A stretch of 60,901 nucleotides of DNA from NCBI GenBank assembly GCA_027604505.1, contig JADIIX010000137.1, forward strand, positions 1 through 60,901. Direction: 5' to 3'. The stretch is from Gonapodya sp. JEL0774. Taxonomy: Eukaryota. Of this stretch, positions 37,753-51,113 are shown piece after piece. The first letter of the stretch is position 1, and the number at the start of each line of letters is the position of its first letter. Made by a program: the position numbers and the translations under genes. The notes under the pieces are model-generated. The model ran no database searches. It was not told the DNA's origin and saw only the letters and a program-made list of their open reading frames with translations.

Positions 37753-38905
37753 AGAGGACGGAGTTACAGATAAGAGGGCCTCTTGATGGAAACGATCTGA
37801 GCCCGGGTGGGGTGAGGCAGTGGAGGGCTCCGCCTCGATTGCACTATGTCCCCGACCACTTTATGATTGGTGGAAACACCTGGGGACGGTTTTCACCGAG
37901 GAAGTACGGTCCAGAACTTAAGTGCACGACGTCGAGAGAATGTGGAGCTTGAGTTCTGGCACTTGGTGGACGAAATTATAAGGGTTGCCTCACGCGACCT
38001 CAGCGAGCGCACCCCAGCAACCACATACTTGTAAAATCATCCAAACGGTCACTACCACCATATTGTATTTTTGTTTCAGAATTATTTCGGCATGGAGTTA
38101 CCATTCCTTTTGAGTTGCTATGGCCAACCTCCTCGTTCTGAAAACGTCAGAGACTTTCCCCGCATGGAACCTGGAGGCTTAGGTGAAGTTGGATAGTTTA
38201 TCTTATTACAACAGGATACATCATGGATTCCATGTAGCACCGGCGGCCTCTTGTATATGATTATTAGAGAGTTTGCCGGTGAGACACAAGTGAAGTTTGT
38301 GTTCCCACGTACTCATGACCAGAAAAATCAATGCGAGACGTGGTTTCAACAATTTACTCCTCGCAAGCTCACACTTCTACGAAGTACCATGTTCATGCTC
38401 TCCTTTTCGTAATCGACGAACTTGAGTCCGCATTTTGGACACTTACATATTGTGTTTTGCAAAACCCAATTCGACGAAAGCAATTACAGCTATTTGGAAG
38501 AGATCCCCTGTGCTCTGTCTTCTTAAAGAACGTAAAACACCTTGAGGAGTGCTGATTGTGTTAGCGTCTTGGGAGTCGTGGAGTGGCGGAAGGGTCAGCA
38601 GTCGCAGTTGTTAAAAAGAACTGCACACAATGAACTAGATGCTCGGCGTTTGAGCATAAGAACGAAGCATGTGAATCGAGGCTTTCCTGGCTTGTCAAAA
38701 GATGACGAAAGATCTATTACCATAGAAGTATATTTGCTTGGTCTGCGGACGACTGATGATTGGTTTTTTACGACAACAAATGACCTGCTCGTGAGGAAGA
38801 TTATCAGCGTTGCTGTGGTGCTGTGGTCACACGAAATGAGAACGCACTGTCACCGTCGAAAACCATCATTCCTGCTTCCACTGTCATACACAGACTCCAG
38901 GCATC

Positions 38906-41900
38906 ATGGAACCGCTTGTCATTCCATCACGCACGCGATCTCGACCTCCTAAGAAGATTTCTCTTCCTTCAAAACCTGTTTCAAGAAAAGATAGCGATCT
39001 CTTACCAAAAGATCATTCCACCCAATCTCTTCTAAAATCGCATTCGGATCCAGATTCGCACTCGCTCTCGGACTCCCATGACCAGAACTCGGACGACGAT
39101 GAACGTAGTCCGGCCCACGATGACCTCGATGTTGACGACGACATCTTGGACTCCGCTTTCGCAGAGCTCGCCCGCTCGGCAGTGCCAAAATTGATTCCGC
39201 TAGGAGATGACGATAGCGATAACGATGACGTGGAATGGAATGCTTGGAAAAATGCTTTGGAAGCTGCTGGAGGTGGTGTTGCAGCTGGAGCTCCGTTTCA
39301 CCACACCACCAAACCCACACGAAAGCGAGCCCGCGATGCAGGACCAGCATACTCGCCTCAAAAGGAATCAGAACTTGCTCGCCAAGTGTCAAGGAAAAAA
39401 ATTAGGAAGGACAAAGATGCTAAATCGGCGAAACCTGCACCTGTGGACCCCGCTCCCCCAACCAATGCCCAATCCCGCCCGCCCAACCCTGCCTCGAAAC
39501 CTCCTTCCTCCACATCTCTTTCTTCCAAAACTGCCACCACCACTTCCACTACCACCGCTTCCTCTTCCACGCCATCCACCTTTGCGTCGCTCCACCTTCC
39601 CCCTTGGCTCCTCTCTCAACTCCACCTCCTCCACATCACTTCCCCCACCTCCATTCAATCCCACGCTATACCGGAGATCTTGTCTGGCCGGGACCTCGTG
39701 GCAAGTGCCAGGACCGGCCAGGGAAAGACAGCGGCATTTGCCCTTCCGGTGTTGACACGTTTGGCCGAGGATCCGTACGGAGTGTTTGGGCTTGTTTTGA
39801 CGCCGACGAGGTGGGTTAAAGTGGGGCGGTGAAGTTTTTGGGGATGGTGCGACTGTGAGTCGGGGCGCGGGGTAGCCGGTAGACTTTGGGGCATTTGCAG
39901 TGGTTTGGGGGGCAGGGCTGGAGAAGGCTGAAAGGCGGCGTGGCTGTCATTGTGGCTTTGAGTGATGGAAGTGACCACGCAGACAAAGCAGAGGAGTGTT
40001 TCTTGATCCAGACCTTGTTCTTGGGACATTGAAGGAGACACTGACGGAGACACTCGGAACTCTTAACCCCTCTGGTTGCGTCCATTCCACCCGCTCACTG
40101 CTCGCGGCCCATTCTCCCTCATATCCCTTCGCATCGCGACCCCACCCCACGGCCCCCATCTCCCACCCACCCAGAGAGCTCGCCTTCCAAATAGCCGAGC
40201 AGTTTCGAATCCTCGGCGCAGCAATCAATCTGAGACAGACGGTGCTGGTGGGGGGCATGGGTGAGTTTTTTGTCTTTGTCCCTGTCAGTTGATTACGATG
40301 CAGTGCTGGACTTGTGGGCCGCAGGGGAGGAGCGAGGAAGAGAAGGGTAGGATTGCTGATTGTGGCAGGCTGTTGGACGAGCAAGGATTAGGAGTGGAGT
40401 GGAGGTGCAAAGACCCATGCAGGACGTGAAGTTCACCAAGCCTGATAATCCTCCCAAACGCTCACCCACGCTCTCACGTCTTCTACGCGTCTTTTCGTTG
40501 TCTCTTGCCTAAAAGACATGATGACACAATCACTCCAGCTCACCTCCCGCCCGCACGTTGTCGTGGCTACACCGGGGAGGTTGGTGGACCATTTCAACAG
40601 CACTCATGGGGCCAAAGAGGTGTTTGGAAGGTTGAAGTTCTTGGTGAGTACAGTAAAATTATAATCGTGGGGTTCAGAGAATGGGTCAGTGTGGTGGGGG
40701 AGTGGGGGGCGCGCCGAGAGTGCTAGGTGGATGTGGTGGAGGGAATCGATTGATATGCGATTGGCCGGGTGGGCGGTGTGTTCGCTTGCGGTTGCACGGT
40801 ATCCAAGCACCAATTCTCCTATACATTGTGCACACCCCGTTCCACAACCCCAACCCTACTCCGTGCACTCTATTTTCCCGAAAACAAGATCCTCGACGAA
40901 GCCGATCGCCTCCTGGACCCCACGTTTGCGCACGACCTCGACACTATTCTGTCGGCTTTACCTCCCTCACGGAACCGCCAGACACTCTTGTTTTCGGCTA
41001 CTATGACTCCCGAGATGGAGGTCGTGGCGCATGGAGGTGGGGACCAGGAGAATGCAGAGGGGAAGAGTGAAAAGGAGAGACCGGTTGTGGTCAACTGCAC
41101 CGGGAGGTGGGTGAGGGCCGGAAAGGGGGATGAGTGGTACTGAGGTCAGCACGACATACCAGATTCTGACCTGAGATCATGTCCCCCACGACCACACCCA
41201 ACCCTCCCGTTCCAAGGTACGATACCGTCTCCCGTCTTGACCAACGCTACATCCTCGTCCCCACCGCCGTCCGAGAAACATATATGTCCCATCTCGTCCG
41301 CACCTCGGTCCCCACCGGATCCGTCATCGTGTTCGCCGGCCGTTCACGCACGGCCGAACGGATCCGCGTGGTCTTGCGCGAGTTGGGGGTTCCCTCGGTC
41401 GCCATGCACGCTCAAATGTCCCAGCGGGATAGAACCGCGTCGTTGGCCAAGTTCAAGACGGCACTCGTGAGGGTTTTGGTAGCAACAGATGTGGGGTCCA
41501 GGGGGTTGGATATTCCAGAGGTGCACGCCGTGATCAATTTCGACGTGCCCGCAGACGCGACGGATTACGTGCACAGGGTTGGTAGGACGGCGAGAGCTGG
41601 TAGAGGGGGTGTGGCGGTGACGCTGGTGACGGAACATGATGTGAACTTGGTGGTGAATATTGAGAGCAAGATTGGTGAGTTTCAATTGCAACGGGAGAGG
41701 GCTCAGCAGAGAGCAATGTCAGGACCGTGACAAGATTTCGAATTCCAACTGCGTTTCTGTTCACGTATATGCCAACGCTGTTCCTTGCAGGCAAAAAGCT
41801 TGTTCCTTACGATATTGTGGAATCCGAAGTCCTCGCTCTCCTGGACGAAGTGGCCATCGCCAAACGGGTGGCCAACATGGAAATGGCAGAAAACGGTTTT

Positions 41901-41993
41901 GGTGAACGTAAAGAAATCAACGAAAAGAAGTCCGGAAAAACGAAGAAGAGAAAGGTGGAGGATAAGGAGGCAACGGAGAGGGTGAAGGTCTGA
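38906..41993 (+). CDS. DBP8: DEAD-box RNA helicase Dbp8/DDX49 with an acidic N-terminal extension
   Basis: Q motif [92 protein letters not shown]. Confidence 0.93.
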
Positions 41994-42038
41994 TAGCAGG
42001 CAACTTGTGGTGGACATGTGATTGTGTAAGATACAATG

Positions 42039-44336
42039 TTAAACCAGCTCTCTGAATCGAGACGAGGGTGATCCTTGATCATTCGACCGTCTACTGTGTC
42101 CATTCCGCTGCTCCAGTTCGCTGTTCCCTTGATGCTTTTTCAATGTCAACTTTCCACCCGCGTCAATCTCCAGCTCGCCCCCAATCTTGTCCAAAACTTC
42201 CTCTGGCACGACTACTTTTTGCGCTTCGAGAGATCGGATGTAGGCTTGGTTAACGGCGTTGCCGTCACAGAGGTTGCGGATGAGGAGGATGGCGTGTTCG
42301 CGGAGGACTGGGAGCCAAACCACGCACCAGTGTGGTGTCAGAACGCTCGTGGAGAGGGGCTACGGGATCGAACTCACATGGATTGACGTCATCAAGGTTG
42401 CACTGCTCCAGAATAAGTGGGATAGCATCCCTTTCGCGGATCTGGAAACCGGTTGGACGAAGGTCACTTGCAAGAAGAACTCCCCATCTCATCAAGCACT
42501 TGTCACTCACTTCGTCCTGTACACCCGGGCATTTATACGTCAAATTCGACAACAGCCGAACAACATCTGTCTTGAGCATGAACAAGGGAGATTTTGGCGT
42601 CGTGGTCACGGACGAGTGGCGAGGGGCATCGGCGGACTCAGTGGAGATCTTGGTACGCGTCTGAAATAGATTTAAATCACGTAAAAGTGCTGGTACAGCG
42701 AACTATGAGTTAGCACGCCTGGTCATGTCGCCAACAAGTGGTAAAACCTCACATAACAAATCGCCCACAATGCCCTCCCCCCTCATTATCTCCTTCATAT
42801 CCGCTGGAACATTCTCTGCCAGAGTGGAAAGTGCACCCATGATAACCACCAGACCCTCCATCTCAGTAGGTGCCACGTTGTCATTTCCATTAGCGGAGGC
42901 GTTCGGGATGAGTAAAGGGTTTCCTGTGGTATCCCTCAAGCCGAACAAGTAGTCGGTTGTTCGAGATGAGGAAGAGTGGAGAAGCCGACAGAGGTAAACA
43001 ACTGTCACGACGGGGAGAGAAGTAGTCGAAATGGATTCTCCAGATTCAGAAGAAGACAACCGGGATGAGGCGGAGTGCAGCTTTCCGTCAAGGATCTTGA
43101 GGAACGAAAGCTGGTGGATAGTCAGAATAGACGCGCTGGTTCAAAGGTTGAATCGGGGGACTTCTGAGGTGATGTTGGACTGGGAAACCAATTCGATCAT
43201 GTACATACCTTCCTGGAAGTGGACGGAGAGCGTCCATCACACAAGCGCTTTGGCCCAATTCAATGGCATTTGAGAAAATGGCATAGCTGCGAAGGCAGAC
43301 AAAATTAGTGTGAACTGTTACGTTCGTTGACGAGAGCAAAGCGCACATAAGCTGGTTGGCAGGGTCTTCAAATGTTTCATTTGGCATGTCCAAAGCGCCG
43401 TTAGCGTAAACATGGGATGTCAGATGTGCAGAAAATCGGCCGAGAAGAAGCTCAAGGAGTGCCCTGGATGAAGGTGACGAGAAACGTAAACTGGAGACCG
43501 ATTGCGTTTTTAAGAGGTTGGGTGTCTCGCGTATTCTCACTAAGATAGAGTTCACCTTTGCTCCGCACTTCCCATAACAGAATTGAGTATAAGAACCAAC
43601 ACAGCCTGGTTAAGTTTGGGGTTGTCCAAACAAAGAAGTGTTCTGACGTGGCGCAAGATTGGATTAGTGACGGAGAATCGATTTTCAATAAAATCAGAAC
43701 AGCCATACAAACACAATAATATTGGAGACTTCTTTCTGATGTGCAATTGAATTTATCGAGTCCAAATTTGGTTCGGCTTTGTGATCAGCCAAGGTGGCAT
43801 CAAGCCCAGGTTGATTGTCTATCAACAACGGCCAGACGGTATTTCGAGTCACAGAATTCGCTGTGATTATATTTGCGAGTGCTTGGGCTCCAGCCTGAAG
43901 TCCAACGAGGGTGGTGTCGCTTGGAGTTGAATCGTAGCGAATGCATAGGAGCGTAAGAGCTCGCACAATCCGTACGTGTATACGTTTGAGCCTGAGGATG
44001 CGATCATTCAAAGTGTCGAGCACGAAGTAAGCCACATCTTTCGCTCACACCACCAGTTCCTGGTTTGCAGATACCCCCGCGCAAATATTCCGGACCACAC
44101 GAAATGCTTGCGTGACGGTAGCTTCGTACGAGGGAGATTCTTCATCATACCTAAACAGGTCGCAAGACCCCACCGAATGTGAGAGTTCTACACTCGCCCG
44201 ATTTGTGGAAAGATTGCACTGACTCAAGGGCTGACACGACAAGATTCCAGAGATTTTCATCTAGCCCAGCAGAGCGTCTGAATTCAGGTCCATTTTTGAG
44301 GAGTTTCTGTGCATGAATGCCGAGCTGTGACTCCAT
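42039..44336 (-). CDS. ATXN10: Ataxin-10 / Ctr86-like armadillo-repeat protein (5' end uncertain, 44260-44336)
   Basis: N-terminal RVVRNICAGVSANQ and AQALANI. C-terminal Atx10 domain KTDVVRLLSNLTY..QDE|IRERDAIPLILEQCNLDDVNP..REHAILLIRNLCDGNAVNQAYIRSLEAQ. Confidence 0.85.
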
Positions 44337-44893
44337 GTATGTTGGTGCAACCAGATATTTGGTCGACCCACTCTCAACCTCGAGCACGCTCTCCCTAATG
44401 GATAAATAACGCAAGCAATCGATTTTTTTAAAGCAATTGAGATCTGAAGTAGTTCCCCACTTGCAACGCGGTGAACACACTGGAACACGGCAGGCCCTCA
44501 GGTCTCTTACTGTTATTCCTAATTTTTGACACGAAATTTTTTTCCGCGAATCAAGCTGAAAATCGCTGCGAATCATTGCGAAGGTATTTGTTTGTGTGGC
44601 CTGGGTGCTCCTGTGGCAGCAGCGAGCTGCTCAGCCGCAATTCCCAAACTGCATCCGAAGTTCCAAACATCGGACCCACTTGTTCTTTTCAAAGTCCACA
44701 ACTTGTCTAGCATCTGTCACTCTTCTCTCACATCCCATCGAGCGTTTGCTGTTCCGTTGACACAACTCGACTTGCGATTTAATCCCCAACTTTTTGCCAT
44801 TGTAGGAACCGGTGTTCCTCTCGTAATCCACCAACATATAAATTGTTTTTAAATCTCCCCTTCTTCAACTCAGAAATCAATTGATTGCCTATA

Positions 44894-47800
44894 ATGGAGT
44901 CTGACCCGACGTCTGACCTTTCCTTCGATGATGTGTTTGAAATGGCCTCTTCACCACCACAGAACAGTGGAAGGCGACCTTCAGACGACTTGGATATTGA
45001 CATGACCATATCATCGACCTTACCGATATCTCAGACTAAGCCTCGTGGTACTGCATCCTCCTCCCGAAATCTGTTCGCGGACCCGGAACTGCGATCTCAC
45101 CGTGGACGAGGTACTGCTCGCCGCTCCGAAACACCGGCGTTCGAGGAAGAGGCCGGGAGCTCAGGGTTCTATGCCATAGATGCTATGGAGTTGAAAAGAC
45201 AGTCTCGAAGGTGGGTATTGTTGAGCTCAGCACCGTGACTATACATCAGAACCTAGGCGTTAACGGCTCGATAACTGTCATATTGCTAAAAAGGCCCCAC
45301 CACCTAGAAGAACGTCTCGCGTCACGCAAATCGTCTCAAAATTTTCCTTCCGACGGAACTGTTACTCCACCCCGCTCACGGTCCATTGACAATCTTGGTG
45401 ATAATCCTCCAGCAGCGTTTTCATCGCCTCCACGTTCTGTGTCCCATCTTTCTGGGGCAGCCTCCGTGGAAAGTCCCCCTGCCTCTCCAGACTTGGGTGA
45501 GACCCGTCGTCAGCGCGTCATTGAGGCGCGTCGAGCGAAACTGCAACAGAGGCTCAACCACGTTCAAGAGGTGAACGCCAGTCAACGACTGAAATATGAA
45601 TCCTCGGTGCACTCGATTCGGTCCAACTTAACTCTTAGATTTGAAGAAGCTGAGCGGAATCGGAACGAGATCATGAGCTCCCGGGCCGAGAGGGCAAGTG
45701 CAGCCACTTCGCGTGCCAAAGAGGTGTCCAGGATTGCTCACGAACGTGCTCAGGAGGAATCAGATAAGCGCAGAAAGCAGGTAGAGGAGAAGCTTCAGTC
45801 GTCTGAATCGAGAAGAAACAAGCTCATGGCGAACAGAACCACCAAGTCCGGCTCTCGCAGTGGTAGACCAGCATCGAGTTTCCAAGTTGCCGGTCGCCGG
45901 GGATCTCGTTCGAGCATTCATAGTCTGCACTCCTCTTCTGGTCGTCAAGTTTCATCCAAACCTGCTCTTGCGCCTCCAGAAGCTGCTACCCTCATTCAGT
46001 CCTGGTATCGATACCATGCCGTTCACGCCCTCCTCCGGGAACTATTGGCACGTCCACTCACACGACGTTTGCTGTCTCAGCGTGCAATTACTAAGATGTC
46101 GTTCAAGGAGGTTGTGCAAGGAATGCAGGATGCAAAGGTGATCAAAGCAGTGGGAAGGCTTTTACAGAAGTGTCTAGCTGGGGGTGTCATCCACAACCCA
46201 GAAGGAATGTCACCGGTCGACAAGAGCGCAACGAACAAAAGACGAACCAGAGATTATAAGAATCCCGCGAGGGTGTTCTTGTCGGCTTGGATGATGGTAG
46301 GGCATCCCAGCGAGTTACTCCAAGAAGAAGGGGATGAGGAAACGGTGAGTGTTCGACAAGTATTGTGTCTTCGTTCTTGGTGCAATGAAAGAGATTCCAT
46401 TCACTATGATTCAAGGCTCTTCTCGCCTCGGCAAACAATGTCACTGCAGCATTCCAGCGACTTGCCTCACACCGAACTTTTAGTTCGAAGTTCTCATCCG
46501 ACCTCTCACTATTCCTCACCTCTTACGACGCTTTCTACAGCCGCTTCGACGCATGGAAACGCCGTGACACCGAACGGGTCATTGATCACCTTGTCGCTCA
46601 CTGGATGGATCTTGAGCGACTCTGGCTCGCTGTACGAGACCAACCTCATGCTGATGATATGTGGAGCGAGAAAATTGACCGACAGCAGCGAGATATTCAA
46701 GAAAAGCTTCGAAAACTCGCCGGTCAAGCGGGTTTGGAAAGGCTCGCGGAAGCGAGGAGAAAGGCGAATTCTAGTGGTGTTGCAGGGAGGGATGCTGATG
46801 AGGACGTGGTCATGACAGACTCGCGATCTCCCAGCCCTGTGGTTTCAAGTCCTAGAAGTGTCGCCTCTTCGCCGCGCATTCCCTCGATACCTATCGGATC
46901 ACCTCATCGGGCCTCTGTGGCGGATGACCTATCATCGTCGCCGAAGAAGTTCCCATCTTCAATGGAGAGGTGGGCACAGCAGCGAAAGAACGACTCAGTT
47001 ACTCAATCCAGGAAAGGATCCCCAACTCCTGGTGGCTCGGGACCTCCGTCAAGAGATTCATCCGTTGCACCACCGATTGGCCTCCCGATTATGGCCCAGA
47101 GTGACCAACGCCTCGCAACGAACCCTTTGCACAACGCCACTGTGGGATACAGAGCAGCGAGCCCTACGGCCGGCGATGCTCAAGTGACGGAGGACTTCTC
47201 AACCTTGCTGAAAGGCTTCGGACAGAAGGGTATGTCTAATGAAGCTTTGGCCCACGAAGTGGTGCTGAATCCAGGCAGGTATCAGATTCTTCCCATCAAT
47301 TTGATGATATCGTACTAAGAAACTTTTATGTTTGCACGCTGGAGTAGACTTTAAGTTGGAGCCGGTCAAGCGAGCTGAATTGGAAGACAAGATCCGGTCG
47401 ATCGCGAAGAAGGCTTTCTTTGACAACGTTCGGGAAGAGTTTGCAAGAAAAGATTATCGAAGTTTGATTCCTCTTGTCGAAGATATCAAGAAAGTACGTT
47501 TGCTTTATCATTAGACTCAATGGATGGGCCCTGCAACTGCTGTTTTTTATACTTCTCCTCAGGGGCTGTTGGGCTTGGTGTCAGATCGAGGCCACACTCA
47601 TAGAAGCATGGACGAGACACTAGACCTTGACTTGATCCGCCAAGAAGCTATGCGCAGTAGCCCTGACGTGCTGAGATACATTGACTATGTAATTGACATG
47701 ATGTTGAAACTGTGCGCACCTTTCAGGGACCCCGCCATTCGTGAGCTCAAGGGTCTCTTGAAGTCAGATCCAGTTGGTGCAATCGAGGGAATTCTTAAAA

Positions 47801-48779
47801 TGAGCGATGATATGAAATTGGATTTGGCGAACTATCGGTGAGTGGAACTTGAGAGTCGAGCCAAGAGGTTTCAGTACCATTGCTATTTAACTATTTTATT
47901 GCAGACTTTCCGAGATTCGACCCCATCTCGCTAAAAGTGCGGTTCTCTACGAGCGGTCCAAGTTCGCTGATGCCCTGAGTCGTGGGGACGTTTCTTTGGA
48001 CCGGACCCGCGAATGGCTTGGCAATGCAGTCCAGAGCCTCCGATCAGTGGCAGCTTCCCGGAATCCAGAAGGAATAGAAACTATGCCACATACGGCTATA
48101 AGATTCGAGGATGTCTTTGTGGAGGGTCTGCTCTCGTTGATATTCAGTCAGAATGCCGTGGACAGGACAACAGTGCCCGAGACCATGCTCCTGGACGTGG
48201 AAAGGCTTTTCGGTTTCCAGAACGACGCACAACTTGTCGCAGTGATTGCTTCATTGATCATGCTGTCAAAGAATATTGTCCCAGAGCTTCGGACTGAAGA
48301 GAAAGGCGTGAAAATGTTGACGGACACTCTTACTGTGCTTTTGGATGCCACTGCGGAGGGCGTGACGACCGAGCATCTTAGCTTACAATTGATTTCCTCA
48401 ATGAACAAGTTCCTCGAGAGTAAACACAAGGTTTTGCTGTCGGAGCAGGAAAAACTTGTCAAGCAGGTGAGCTTCGAAGTCTGTGTGATCGCCCATTGTG
48501 GTGGATGCTTAGTATCGTCTTTTCCACCCCCAGATGGTGGAGAAAACTCTCTCGTATCGTGATGCCGTTTTCAGCTTAATTAGTCGTCGTGTTCAGGACA
48601 AAGTCAGGCAACAACTACAAAGTGGAATGTTCCCTAAGCAAACCCTAGCCAGCAGTGGCCTCGACTGTGTTGCCGAGTTACTGGAGAAGTTCTCGCGTAA
48701 AACTTTCTTCCTTGCGAGACATAATAAGGAGGTGTTCTCTCCCTATTACGATGACATCATTCGTGAGCTGCTTGCCTAG
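44894..48779 (+). CDS. T-complex protein 11 (TCP11/Sok1) domain protein with an N-terminal coiled coil and an IQ motif
   Basis: IQ-like AATLIQSWYR, ARVFLSAWMM, SNEALAHEVVLNP|DFKLEP..IRSIAKKAFFD, LDLDLIRQE, KLCAPFRD, MKLDLANY, YERSKF, VPETMLLDVERL, HNKEVFSPYYDDII. Confidence 0.88.
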
Positions 48780-48872
48780 GCAGATGTGTTGTTACCAGAG
48801 GTATTCATATATTTCACTGTAACCATTTCAAAATATTCCAAAGCGGTCACTTCTTGCTTCCCATCTACATAT

Positions 48873-51113
48873 CTATTGCACTGCAGAAGCCGCTGCGCGG
48901 AGCCTGGGTTTGGTGAGAAGACTTGCTATTTGCAGTCGTGTCTGCTCTTCGTCCTCTAGAACTCCCCGTAGTGTTGCCGCCTCCACTTCCTTCGTCTTCA
49001 GCCTGTCTCGTAGCATTTCATTCTCCGAGTGTAGTTCCGACACCCTTTTGGCCAGGCTTCGTTCCCGCTCCTCGGTTCCTGTCTGCTCAACAAGCTTTGC
49101 TCGCAATAATGCTGATTGTTTTTCGAGCTCTTCGGCTCGCGCACGCCACCTTCCCACATCCTGCTGCGCAGCACTCGATTCCGCAGCTAGCCGGGACGCA
49201 GCCTCTTGTAAATCGGATTTTTCTCGATTACAACGCTTAAGAGCAAGCTCGTGCTCGGATAACAAATTCGCCCTTTGTTGATTCGCTGCGTCAAGCTTGT
49301 TCTGAAGGGAGTCAACTTGGCTTCGAGCATTGAATAGCCTTTTTTCGTTTTCCACACGCAGATGGTCCTGAGGTAAAGCACAGATGTCAAACACCCAAGA
49401 TCTTGTTTAATTTCAATTAGTTACGTCACCAACCATTTCCTGGCGTCCTCTCTTCTCTGCTTCCACGACTAACTCCTCGACCCGACGTCGCTCTTCGGCG
49501 ATCTTATCTCTCGACACTTCCAGTTCAACATCGTATTCCTTTTGCTTGCGAGATATCGTACCCTCTAGCTGACGAATTTTATCTGTACAAGTGCATCTCT
49601 TCAGTCGTGCGTTCACCCTTGCAAAAAGTTGGAAGTCGAACCTTCGTATGCACCCAACAATGCCCTTTCCCTTTCCTTTCCGCGATCAAAATCCTCGACG
49701 AGTAAGGATTTTTCCCTCTTAGTGACTTCAACTTTCATTAAAGCTTCGCTAAGCTCTGCCTCAAGAGTCAGGACCCTTTTCGTCAAGTCTCTGCACGCCG
49801 TTTTGACTTCCTCTTCTACCCGGGTTTTGGCTTCCCGTTCCGTCACGATATCCCCTTGCAGCCGGTTGATTCGCTCCCGATTTTCATTCCGTTCGCTAAT
49901 GAGGGTCCCTTGACAGGAATCCCTTTCTTTCTCCACGATTGCTAGGCGGGACTCCAGCTGCTTGCAAATTCCCTGCCACTTGCCGAGTTCAGATGTAGTG
50001 CTCTCTAGCCTTTCAACGAGAGATCGTTGCCGTTCCTCCGAAGACTCCAGTCGAGATGTAAGGTTGACCAACGCTTCGGAGTGCTGTTGTGAAATGTTCT
50101 GTATTGCACTGGAGAGGTGCTGGGCATTCGCGCGAGTGGTAGCCTCTTTAGAGTGACGTTCACGATTGCGTTCCAAAGATGCCACTGTGGGTGAGCGAAT
50201 GTAACGAAATATCAAAAGACAGTCGACATCGAGCCCATTTCACAACTCACAAAGTGTTCGTGTGATGTCTTCGGGAACTTCATTTCCCGCAAGCTCCAGC
50301 TCTGTCAAAACCATGTTCCATTTCAATGCGTCCACAAAAGCACGGCCTCCAATGAGTCCTGCATTGTTCCATCTCAGATCTACACTGAAAGTTGTGAGGT
50401 GAGCCGGATAATCCAAGTAGGCCGAAGCGCTTACCTAGTCGCCTTAGTGAATTGTTGTGTTTGAGGGATAACGCAAGACATTGCGCAGCTTGTGGCGCTA
50501 TGCGATTGTTTCGCAAATCTAGCTCCACAAGTGTTTGATTGACTGTTAAAGCATCGCCGAGTGCTTTGATGCCAGAATCCCAAAGTCCTATGCAGTTCCA
50601 CTCCAGTGATAAGCTTTTGAGAGTACTGTTGACCTATGAAATTGGTGACAGCGGTCATAAATAGCATTGCCGGCTTCGACACGACAACGAACTTTGAGCA
50701 TCTGCCCCAACGCGATGGCTCCATCTGCGCGAATGTTATTGGCACGAAGGTCCATTGATTTAGCCGCTTTGTTCGTTTTTAGCGCCCCTGCTATTACAAT
50801 ACAGCCTTTGAAATGTTTTGATTCAGAATACATGGGGTTGATACATTGTACCGAAACAATGCAATGACGCACCATCATCCGACAGAAACCCATCAGCAAG
50901 ATTCACGTTTGTGAACACTACATCGTCTTGTAAGCCTGCTGCGAAAGCTGCGGCCGCTTTGACGGTCAATGGCTGCCCGGAAATATCGAGTGTGTGAGGA
51001 TGGTTTGAGGCTGCGTCGCCGGTGGATGTTTTGAGTTTGTTCAGAAGTGATGCGATTGGTTCTATCCCAAACTTTGAGCAAGCGTCCACATAGCGAGTTC
51101 GAAAAGACTCCAT
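48873..51113 (-). CDS. LRRC45: Leucine-rich repeat and coiled-coil centriolar protein LRRC45-like
   Basis: MESFRTRYVDAC; RI-like LRRs DLRANNIRADGAIALG, SLSLEWNCIGLWD, LDLRNNRI, DLRWNNAGLIGGRAF; long C-terminal coiled coil. Confidence 0.82.
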
